Shown piece by piece: positions 1 through 10,793 of a DNA stretch of 64,000 bases (positions within the stretch are counted from its first letter, which is position 1; each line of letters starts with the position of its first letter). The position numbers and the translations under genes are program-made. The stretch is from positions 744,001 through 808,000 of the forward strand of contig CM039002.1 in assembly GCA_017499595.2 (NCBI GenBank), in the 5' to 3' direction. Below the pieces are notes generated by a model. It saw only the letters and a program-made list of their open reading frames with translations. It searched no databases and was not told where the DNA came from. Source of the stretch: Psilocybe cubensis. Its lineage: Eukaryota.

Positions 1-123
1 GCGATTACGATTGCGATTCGACGACTGGACTTTGAGCTTTGAATCTAATCATCCCATTTCACATTCAAACTCATATCTAAATCTAAATCCAAATCTAACC
101 AATAACCCTCTTTCTCCCCACAG

Positions 124-3100
124 CCCCCGCGCATCCTCGCGAAACTAGGGTTCACACCCAACTCACTCACAGCCCTTCGGCTAGGCGCGGACGACACGCT
201 CGTAGCGGCGGGCGGCCAGGACAGAGAGCTGCATTTATCATATTACACACCATCCTCCTCCTCCTCCTCCTCTCCATCCACGTCCACATCCACTTCAAAC
301 CCAAATGCCCTCTCAAATTCAAGCTCAAGCTCATCCACAAACGCATACACACTCGCCTCCCAAACCCGGCTCTCAACAGGCCACCCAACGCGCCTCCCGC
401 GCACACGTCGTCTCTGGACATACGAAACCCGGCTCGTCGGGTCCATCAACAACTCCGTCCTCCTCCTGCCCCCGGGGGCGAGGGGTATGGGCGCTGCGGA
501 GCCCCGCGCGGTGATTAGCAATAATGATTGGTGTGTGAGGGTGTATGATATCCCGATGAGGGTTAAGAGTGCGAGGAGGGAGTTGGGGTTGGTTGGGGAG
601 GTCAAGTTGGATGTGGCTGTTAATCATTGTGAGTTAAATTTAATTCTATATCTATATCTCTATTAACATATACTCCCCATACAGCCTCGTTATCACCAGA
701 CGGCCGCACCCTCCTCTCCGTCGGCGACTCGCACAAGATATACTTCCACCAGCTATCAGGCAGCGCGCATCTCACATTCACACCCATCCAGACACTCGAC
801 ATCCCTCCGCCGTCCGCGACACCGTTTTCGTCGTCCCGCTCGTCGCCTTATTCGCGGGCGCCGTACTCCTCTTCTCCATTCTCCTCCTCCTTCCAATCAC
901 CGTACTCCTCCTCCTTTTCATCACCGTACTCCTTTTCCTCTCCATACTCCTCCTATTCATCGCCGTATTCCTCGTACTCCTCCTACCCATACACACCAAC
1001 CCAAACCCACCCAACAACACTCACAGCAGCATTCTCAACAGCCTTCAACGCAGACGGCAGCAAGTTCGCGGTCGCGAGTCAGGAGGGCGTCGTAGCTGTG
1101 TGGGATGTGAGGAGTGTGAAGAGGCCTTTGGGGGTTTGGTGTACGGATCGGATGCGCGGGTCTTCTTCTGGGTCGGGGAGTGGTGCGGGTGGTGGGTTAG
1201 GGTCAAGCTCAGGCTCAGGTTCAGGCTTAGGGTCAGGCTCGGGTGGCAATGTAGGAGGAGGACAAGGACAAGGACAAGGAGGCGCAGCATCAGGATACAT
1301 CCACCCACACACGACCCCCCACCTCTTCGACGACCCCTGGGACTGGACACGCGGCACGCGCGCCCCCGGGTGGTGCGTGCGCAATGTCAAATTCAACGCG
1401 GGCGAGGGCGCGCGGATGGGGAAGGAGGTCATGGTGTTTACTGAGGTGGGTGTTTGTGTTTTTTTGGTTTTTTTGTGTTTTTTTGGTTTTTTGTGTTTTT
1501 TTGGTTTTTGGTGTTTTTTGGAGAGCTTTCTTTGGGAGTTTTTTGGGGGGGTTTTGGTTTTTGGAGGTGCTTTTTGGTTTTTTTTTTTTTTTTTTTTTTT
1601 TGCTTCTGTTCTTTTTTTCTTGTGTTTTTGGGAGGGTCCTTTTGCGGGTTTTTTTCTTTCTTTCTTTTTTTTTTTTTTTTTTTTTTTCTTTTGAGAGAGG
1701 GTTGGGTTTGGTGGGTTAGGTTCGGTGGTTGGGTTTGGCGTTTCTGGTGGTTGGGCTTGATGGGTTTTGTGGGTTGGGTGGTTTTGTGGGTTTTTGGCTT
1801 TGGCGGGTTTTAGCGGTCGGGTTTTAGCGGTCGGGTTTTGGTGGTCGGGTTTTGGTGGTTGGGTTTTGGCGGTTGGGTTTTGTGGATTTGGCGTTTTTTG
1901 GTGGTTGCGCTTGATGGGTATTGCGGGTTTTTTTGGCTTTGTGGGTTGGGTGGTTTTGGTGGTTTTAGGTTTTGGCGGTATGTGTGTGTTTTGTGTTTTG
2001 GAGGTTTTGGCGGGTTGTGTTTGGGGTTTCTGGTGGTTTTAGTGGTTTTGTGTTTTGTGTTTTGGAGGTTTTGGCGGTTTTGGTGGGTTGTGTTTTGAGT
2101 TTTGGTGGTTGTGTTTTGTGTTTTGTGTTTTTGGGTGTTTTGTGTTTTGTGTTTTTGTGTTTTGTGTTTTGAGTGTGTTTTGTGTTTTGGTGTTTTGTGT
2201 TTTGTGTTTTGGGCTTTGGCGGTTTTGTCGGTTTTTGTGGGTTTTGTGTTTTGGCGATTTGTGCTTTGTGTTTTGGTGGTTTTGATGGTTGTGTTTTGGT
2301 GGTTCTGTGTTTTGTGTTTGGGCGGTTTTGGAGGTTTTGGCGGTTTTGGCGCTTTGTGTTTTGTGTGTGTTTTGTGGTTGCGCTTTATGTCTGCTTTTTT
2401 GTGAATTTATGATTTCTTTCGCGTTGTATTTTTCTATTTCCCCACTAACCAATCTCTTATACTCATTCTCTCTTCTTTCTTCTCTTTCTTCGCATTTTCC
2501 CTCTTTCTCTTCTCTCTTTCTTCTTCTTTCATTTACCCTCTCTCTTCTCTCTTCTCATCCTCTCATTCTCCCCTCTCTCTTCTCTCTTCTCTCTTCTCTC
2601 TTTCTCTATCCCTATTCTCCCCGTATATCTTCACTCACTAACACACCCTCTCTCCCCCCCTTCCCTTCCAAACCCAACCAAAAAAAAACACCCAACCAAC
2701 CAAATACCGAAAAAAAGCACACAAGCAAAATCCACATAATAGACGCCCAGACCTTCGACTCGCACGATATAGTCACCGTTCCGACCGTGTTTAGTCCGCC
2801 TCGCAAGGCGGGTGCGGGTGGGAGGGTGAGGCCTCAGAGTCAGAGTCAGACTACGAATCCGCGGGTGCGTGTGAGAGGAGGTGTGGGTGCCGCGAATGGA
2901 GGAGCGAATGGAGGAAGTGTTGGCGGTGTAGGAGCGGGAGCGGGAGCGGGAGCAGGAGCAGGAGCAGGAGCAGCACCGAGCGGCCGACCGAGACTCGGAA
3001 CAGGAACAGGAACAGGAACAAGAACGAGACCAAGACCGAGGCTTACAAGGACCACGAGCGGCGTGAGCGCCTCCGCTGCATCTGCAGGTGTTGGTGCCGC

Positions 3101-3772
3101 CGCGCCTGCTTCTGCTATACCTTCTGCTGTAGCTTCTGCTTCGACTACAGCTTCGGCTTCGACTACAGCATCTGCAACACTAGCTAGACAGTCCCCGCCG
3201 ACAAGCTCAAGCACGACCGCGTCGATCGCAGGGGAGATCGCGAGCGCTGTTGACGTGGACGTGAACATGGGTATGGCGCGGGGTTTAGCGCTGGTTGGCG
3301 GTGTTGGCGGTGCTGCTTCGGGTCTTGAGGGTTCGAGTGGAAACGCAGATGTCGACCTGGATGCAGACGCAGACGAGGATGAAGACGCGGGCATGGACAT
3401 AGACGTCGCGCTAGCAGCTGCACAGCGCGCTCTGGCGCGGCGCCGGCGGCGTGTGCGCGGGCCTGTTCGCGTGGGTGTACCCGTGCGAGATACCGAAAAT
3501 ACGGAGAGCATGGATGTGGACAGAGAGGGAGACGGAGGAGGAGAGAGAGAAGGAGGTGGAGGTGGAGACAGAGACAGAGAAGGGGAACGCGCGCGTGCTC
3601 ATGCGCGTGCGATGGCGCTTGCGTTGCCTGTAAGCCACGCGCGTGCGGAGGGCGAAGCAGAAGCGGAATCTCCTGGCGCTGGTACTAGTACTAGTGCAGG
3701 GCTCTCGCCGTTGAGACGGTCCGTGACGGATCCTTCTCCTTCTTCTGGTTCTGGTTCTGGCTCTACTTCAGG

Positions 3773-3805
<33 letters not shown>

Positions 3806-5771
3806 GCAACAGCAGCAACAGCAACCAAGCATCGTCCGAGCGCTAGGCGACGCGTTCCGGATCGCGATTCCCTCTTCGTCTTTGTCTCCATCTTCGGGTT
3901 CTGCTTCGGGTTCGGTTCCGGGTTCTGCGTCACATGCTGCGAGTGGGAGTACGAGTACGAGTGGGGGTGCGAGGACGCGTACTCGTGCACACGCGCACGC
4001 GCATACACGCGGATCGCACTCGAGTTCAAATGCGCGCTCGCCTGCGCGCCGGACGACGAATACAAGCACACCGAGGTCACCACCCACACATAATCATACA
4101 TCAAGGTCTTTACCCACACCTACACCGCCTACCCATACGCATACGCCTACACCGCCTACCCATACGCACACGCATACGCACACACCCACACCCACACCAC
4201 CGCCAATGACGCGCACACCCGCACACAGCGGATACTCGCCGCCCGCTAGCATTGGGGATTCGACGTGGCGCACGCTTGGGGGAGGGATTGGCGTGCGTGG
4301 GCCGTGGGGTGTTTCGCATGTTGGTACGAGTGCGAGTGCGAGTGTGGGAGGGGATGAGAGGATGGATGTTGTTCAGCATGGGGATGGGAGTGGGAGTGGA
4401 GAGGATGAGGAGGGAAGTGAGAGTGAGAGCGAGAGCGAGATGTTCCATGTGCTTGACGAGACGGAGCTCGCGAGGCGCGCGCGCGAGAGAGCGAGGATGC
4501 GGGTTGTTGGTGATGATGATGACGATGATTATGAGTACGAGTACGAAGAGGAAGAGGAGGATGGGGATTTGGAGTATACTGAAGGCGAAGGGGAGGGAGA
4601 GACGGATGCGGACGGCGAGACTGAGACCGAGACGGAGACGGAGCAGGAGGAGGGCATCGTGGTTGTGCCGGACTTGGGGGATCGGGAGGTGGAGAGCGAG
4701 GTGCATGCGCTGCTTGCTGTGCATGGTATACCCAGCCGCATTGGCGGTAGGAGGAGGAGGAGCAGGGAGGATAGTATGGATGTGGATGAGGTTGGTGGGT
4801 TGCATCAGGGAGAGGAGGAGGAGGAAGAGCAAGGAATGTACCGCTATGATGAAGATGATAGACGCGAGCGCGTGAGGCAGGCGCTGCATGACGCGCGGGA
4901 TTATCGGTATGACGTCAATGACGAGGATGTCAACGACGATGATCGGGATGAAGAGCAGGAGCAGGACTGTGTGGAGGGTCAGTCGAGGAGTGTGTCCCCT
5001 TCGCGCTCCGTGCTTGGACGCCGGCGCAGGCGTATCAGACAGGGTGCGAGTGCTACTTCAAGTGGATATATTTCAGGGGGGAGTGGTGTAGGGATGAGAC
5101 GGGCTGGGTTTAACCTCGCGTCCATGTCCACATCGGCGAGGTATGGGAGTGCTGGGCCGTCGCGGTTAGGTGGCGGTGCGGGTGTGGGTATGGAAGAGGA
5201 TGAAGATGAGGAGGGGGAGGAGGGGTGGGGGTCTGGTGTGCATTATGGCGGTCTAGCCTCTGGAAACACGAGCGACGCGGACAAACGCGTCCGCCCGCGC
5301 CGCGCCGGCTCGGGCTCACATCGCGGTACAGGTACACACACTCCCACATCTACATCTGCATCTGCATCTACACACGCACACGCACATACGCGCGCGAGTA
5401 AAACCACGTTGTCGTCATCTTCGTCGTCCCCATCGGCGGCGGGAGCGAGGTTCGCAGGGCGCGTGGGGATATACGACGAGTTGGATATTGCCGGTGTGTG
5501 CTTTGACCCGTGGGGAGAGAAGATGTATGTGCTTGGAGTGGGCGCGGCGGGGTCTGCTTATGGGTATGGGTACGGTTACGGTTACGGTTACGGTGGTGCT
5601 TATGGGGTTGGGTACGCGGTTGGGGGTGCGGGTGCGGGTGTGGGTGCGGGTGGGTATGGAGGAGCAGGCGGAGGAGGAGGAGGAGAGGAAGAGGAAGGTG
5701 TAGGTGCTGTTGTCGAATGGAGTGTGAGAGGTGCTGAGAAGAGGTGGTGGGTTGATGAAGGGTGGATGTGA
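124..5771 (+). CDS. DUF2415 / WD40-like beta-propeller protein, 5' end outside the window; exons about 124-628, 685-1445, 2718-5771
   Basis: Spliced translation gives LVAAGGQ, GSINNSVLL, VISNND, VNHSSLSPDGRTLLSVGDS, AFSTAFNADGSKFAVASQEGVVAVWDVRS, VRNVKF and VFTE|HTSKIHIIDAQTF, ending in DIAGVCFDPWGEKMYV...VVEWSVRGAEKRWW. GT-AG junctions at 629/684 and 1446/2717. Confidence 0.8.
1446..2717 (+). repeat. 1272-bp intron filled with strand-biased simple repeats (poly-T, TTTTG/GTTTT, GGTTTT, then CT-rich)
   Basis: GTGGGT donor after the FTE codons and AAG acceptor before the HTSK codons; the interior is low-complexity throughout. Confidence 0.75.
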
Positions 5772-6983
5772 GGTTTTTTCTTGCTTTGTTTTCGTGTTTT
5801 TTTCTGGTTGTGTTTGTGGTTGTGTTTTTGTGTTTTGTGTTTTTCTGGTTGTGTTTGTGTTTTTGGTTGTGTTTGTATTTTCTCTCTCTGTTTTGCTTGA
5901 TTCTTTGCTCAACATCCAACATCCACATCCAACTTCTATCTTCTATCGTCTCCTCGCTACCTCCCCATTATGAAAAACAAATCGTAAAAATCGCTTCATT
6001 TCATTTTTTTTGGTCGGTCGGTTGTAATAACTAGTCTAAGGACGGTGTATGTGTACAGTATCTGTATGTGTATGTTTGAATTGTAACATGTAACATTAGT
6101 TTGCTTGTTGTAAAATTAAAATTAAATGTTCTTTTCTCTTCTCTACTCTTTACTCTCTACTCCTGCTCTACTCTCTCTGCCTAGTGCCTAGTCCTTCTAT
6201 CTTCTCTTCTTGCGAGGTTGCAACTTTTTTCCCCTTTTTTGTACAGTTTTATTCTTTTTTCTGACGTACAAAAGGCTTAAACTGTGCTTTTGCTATATCG
6301 ACTATGACTATGACAGCTGCATACAGTATCTTGGCTTCTTACCTGTACTCGTATCCGTTCGTGTTTGTACTATTGCTACTAGTATTACTACTACTCTCCT
6401 ACCATTAAGCTCTATAAATCATGCATCTGGATCTGCATTCGTTTCTATTCATTCAGAGTCTCCTGTCTCTCTGTCTTCAGTCTTAGGAGAGTGTAACTTT
6501 AAGTATGACTCGGACGCGTTACTGATTGCACGCGACGCGACACGACATGACACGACGTGATAATTGATCGCGTCGCGTCGTCGTGTCGCGCCGCGTTGGT
6601 GGCTGCGGCTGACCTTGACTTCTGACTTCTGACTTCTGACTGCTGACTGCTGACTGCTGCCAACTATAATATATAATGGCTAATGGCGGCTGACTCGTGA
6701 TGGACGGCTGACGCGCTGAATCGTGATGGACTCTATGGCTGACACTGAAGCGTAGGGTAGGGTATATAACCCCCCACATCTCCCGTTTGAATTCTTTCAT
6801 CAGCCCATCCAAGGTTCAAGGTTCAAAGAGCTTGTTTGTTTGTTTGCTGGTCAATCCGTTCATGTGGCTGGAGGTAGAACCTGAGGTAGAGCCCAAGGTA
6901 CGCAGCATTCCATTCCATTCTCTTCTCCTCGCTTCCTCGCCTCCTCCCTTGCTCAATTATCTCAATTATCTCAATTATTGTAG

Positions 6984-9900
6984 GATGGGACCGCTCGAGA
7001 ATTATCTCGCGTACTCTTCCTCCTCTTCCTCCTTCTCTCCTCCGCGTCCTTGGTCGCTCCAGTCCCTGTGAACCGTCCGATGACCTAGTCAAGATACGTC
7101 ACGGACGACCCCAACCACAACCACCATCGCACACGGCCACACACAGCGCTGCGCTGCGATGCGTACGTGCATGTGTATATACCCGAATCCGGATCGCAGC
7201 TCGTCAAGAACGCTCGATTCACCTCTAACCCCTTAAAACCAAAAAACCAAAAAACCAAAAAAAAATAAAGTGTACTGAGAACGAGAGCTGAGGTTGGGTT
7301 GGGATGGGTTGGGATGGGATGGGATGGTAAAGGCATGTCCTCCTCCAACCTTTAATATTTGATATTTTAAACTTGAAGTGCTGAATAGAATGGGTTGTTT
7401 TGGGTGGGCACTTAGATCAAGGCTTTGAGCTCCGCTCGCTTCTTTACTATTCTTGTCCCAGTCTGACGACAACGGAAGCCTGTTGAAGGACGAGGGTTTG
7501 GAATGGTGAAGGTGTGTCTTTTCCCCCCTAACTTTTATTATTTCATCGTTTCATTAATTTTGGGTGGTAGATAAAGGCTTTGAGCTCCGCTCGCCTCTTC
7601 ACCCTCCCTACCCTCATTCGACGACCAATACCTATACCCCGCTGAGATGAGGGTTTGAAATGGTGAAGGCAAGTCCTACGTCCCTCATTATTATACAATT
7701 CGGGGTATTAACTTGGTTTATTTGTGGTAGATAAAGGATTGAGCTCCGCTCGCCTCTTCACCCTCCTTGCCCTCGTCTCACGACAACGGAAGCCTGCTGA
7801 AGATGAGGACTTGTGATGATGAAGGTTTGCTATATTCCTCATTATAACATTTTTTGGGTGCTGAATGTTAATGATTTAGATAAAGGCTTTGAGCTCTGCT
7901 CGCCTCTTCATTATCCACGCCCTCGTTTGACGACCTGTACCTAAACCCCGCTGAAGATGAGCGTTAGGAATGGTGAAGGCAAGTCCTATATCCCTCATTA
8001 TAACATTTTTTGGGTGCTGAATGTTAATGGTACTTGTAGATAAAGGACTGAGCTCCGCTCGCCTCTTCACCCCCTCACGCCCTCGTTTCTTGACCAACAA
8101 CAAAACCCCGTTGAAGATGAAGGTTTGGAATGGTAAAGGTCTGCTACACCCCTCATTATAATATTTCTGGGTACTGAATGTTAATGATATATATAGATCA
8201 AGGATTGAGCTCCGCTCGCCTCTTTACTATCCATTCCCTCGTCTGAAGACAACGGAAGCCTGCTGAAGATGAGGGTTTGGAATGGTGAAGGCAAGTCCTA
8301 TATTCCTCATTATAATATTTCTGGGTACTGAATATTAAGATTTAGATAAAGGATTGAGCTCCGCTCGCCTCTTCATCCTCCTTTCCCTCGTCTGACGACA
8401 ACGGAAGCCTGCTGAAGATGAGGGTTTGGAACGGTGAAGGTCTGTCCTATATCCCTCATCATTATCCAATTTTTAGGGTGCTAACACATGGATTATTTGT
8501 GGTAGATTAAGGCTTTGAGCTCTGCATGCCTCTTTACCCTCCCTGCCCTTGTTTCTTGGCCAACAACAAAACCCCGTTGAAGATGAAGGTTTGGAGTGGT
8601 GAAGGTACGTCCTATACCCCTCATCATTATCCAATTTTTAGGGTACTAACACATGGATTATTTTGGGTGGTAGATAAAGGCTTCGAGCTCCGCTCGCCTC
8701 TTCATTATCCACGCCCTCGTTTGACGACCTGTACCTAAACCCCGCTGAAGATGAGGGCTTGTGACGGTGAAAGTGTGTCCTATATCCCTCATTATAACAT
8801 TTTTTGGGTGCTGAATGTTAATGGTACTTGTAGATAAAGGACTGAGCTCCGCTCGCCTCTTCACCCCCTCACGCCCTCGTTTCTTGACCAACAACAAAAC
8901 CCCACCTGAAGATGAGGTTTTGGAATGGTAAAGGTCTGCTACACCCCTCATTATAATATTTCTGGGTACTGAATGTTAATGATATATATAGATCAAGGAT
9001 TGAGCTCCGCTCGCCTCTTTACTATCCATTCCTTCATCTGAAGACAACGGAAACCTGCTAAAGATGAGGACTTGTGATGGTGAAGGTACATCTTATATCC
9101 TTCATTAATTAGTGATTTTTGGGATATTGACACTTGATTTGATTTGGGTGGTACTCAGATAAAGGCTTTGAGCTCCGCTCGCCTCTTCACCCTCCTTTCC
9201 CTCGTCTGAAGACAACGGAAACCTGCTGAAGTGAGGGTTTGGGAATGGTGAAGGTGTATCCTATATCCCTCATTATTATACGATTTTCGGGGTATTAACA
9301 CATGGATTATTTGTGGTAGATAAAGGCTTTGAGCTCTGCTCGCCTCTTCATTATCCACGCCCTCGTTTGACGACCTGTACCTAAACCCCGCTGAAGATGA
9401 GGGCTTGGAATGGTGAAGGTCTGACCTCTATCCCTCACTATACGATTTTTGGGTTATTAACTTGGTTTATTTTGGATGGTAGATAAAGGATTGAGCTCCG
9501 CTCGCCTCTTTACCCTCCCTACCCTCATTCAAACAACAATTTATCCCTAGCTGAAGATGAGGTTTTGGAATGGTGAAGGTCTGTCCTGTATCCTTCATTA
9601 ATTATGCGATATTCTGGGATGTTAATACTTGATTTATTTTGGGAACTAGATAAAGGCCTTGAGCTCTGCTCGCCTCTTCATTATCCACGCCCTCATTCAA
9701 CAACCGATACCTATACCCCGCTGAAGATGAGGGCTTGGAATGGTGAAGGTACGTCCTCTATACTCTAACCTTTACTATTTGATGTTTTAAAGTGCTGACT
9801 TGGTGTGTTTTGGATGGTAGATAAAGGATTGAGCTCCGCTCGCTTCTTTACCTTCCCTGCCCTCGTTTCTTGGCCAACAACAAAACCCCGCTGAAGATGA

Positions 9901-10793
9901 GGGTTTGGAATGGTGAAGGTACGTCCTCTATACTCTAACCTTTACTATTTGATGTTTTAAAGTGCTGACTTGGTGTGTTTTGGATGGTAGATAAAGGATT
10001 GAGCTCCGCTCGCTTCTTTACCTTCCCTGCCCTCGTTTCTTGGCCAACAACAAAACCCCGCTGAAGATGAGGGTTTGGAATGGTGAAGGTCTGTCCTGTA
10101 TCCTTCATTAATTATGCGATATTCTGGGATGTTAATACTTGATTTATTTTGGGAACTAGATAAAGGCCTTGAGCTCTGCTCGCCTCTTCATATCCTTGCC
10201 CCCATTTGGCGACCGATACCGAAAACCCGTTAAGATGAGGGCTTGGAATGGTGAAGGTATGTTATTTTTCCTCTAGCCATCGTCATATCATTTTGTTGGG
10301 GTGCTGAATACAAATGATACTTGTAGATAAAGGACTGAGCTCCGCTCGCCTCTTTACCTTCCCTACCCTCGTTTCTTGGCCAACAACAAAACCCCGTTGA
10401 AGATGAAGGTTTGGAATGGTGAAGGTATGCTACATCCCTCATTAATTATATGATTCGAGGTACTAACACATGGTTTATTTTTGCTAGATAAAGGATTTGA
10501 GCTCCGCTCGCCTCTTTACCCCCCACGCCCTCATTTCTTGGCCAACAACAAAACCCCGTTGAAGATGAAGGTTTGGAATGGTGAAGGTACGTCCTATATC
10601 CCTCATCATTATCCAATTTTTAGGGTACTAACACATGGATTATTTGTGGTAGATAAAGGCTTCGAGCTCCGCTCGCCTCTTTACTGTCCATTCCCTCATC
10701 TGAAGCCAACCACACCCAAGGGAGGATGAGGGCTTGTGATGGAAGGTATGGAGTCCCTCTAATCTTTATCCTTCATACATTTTTTTCGACCAG
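6984..10793 (+). ncRNA. Putative multi-exon spliced non-coding transcript (or decayed coding gene) built from repeated exons
   Basis: Every unit has a GT or GCAAGT donor, a branch-like motif (TACTAAC, TGCTAAC, TATTAAC, TGCTGAC) and a YAG acceptor. Exons are about 94-99 nt with no shared open frame. An upstream intron lies at about 6898-6983. Confidence 0.5.
7333..10793 (+). repeat. Tandem array of about 21 units (150-170 bp), each an exon-like block plus a short intron
   Basis: Core GAGCTCYGC(TCGC) recurs at about 7427, 7582, 7741, 7891, 8050, 8207, 8356, 8517, 8685, 8844, 9002, 9170, 9331, 9493, 9661, 9831, 10001, 10171, 10337, 10499 and 10664. A second conserved block is TGAAGATGAGGGTTTGGAATGGTGAAG. 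Confidence 0.95.

Noticed and set aside
1700-2400. Telomeric repeat tract
   Set aside because: G/T-rich but with no regular TTAGGG-type unit, and it lies inside an intron.
1384-2717. Phe/Val/Cys/Trp-rich ORFs and the first about 143 aa of the 1160-aa ORF
   Set aside because: They are translations of intronic simple repeats; the real exon starts at about 2718.
2846-5928. Several long minus-strand ORFs
   Set aside because: Antisense to the GC-rich low-complexity exon of the DUF2415 gene.
7876-10729. Short ORFs with KRRAELKAFI or DKGFELRSPL repeats
   Set aside because: They are by-products of the repeat; frames are inconsistent between units and frequently stopped.
7416-10750. CRISPR array interpretation
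   Set aside because: The context is eukaryotic with no cas genes, the spacers are homologous to each other and carry splice signals, and the units are too long.
7416-10750. Hammerhead ribozyme array (CTGAAGA fits CUGANGA)
   Set aside because: No GAAA follows a plausible stem II and no stem III/cleavage triplet arrangement was found.
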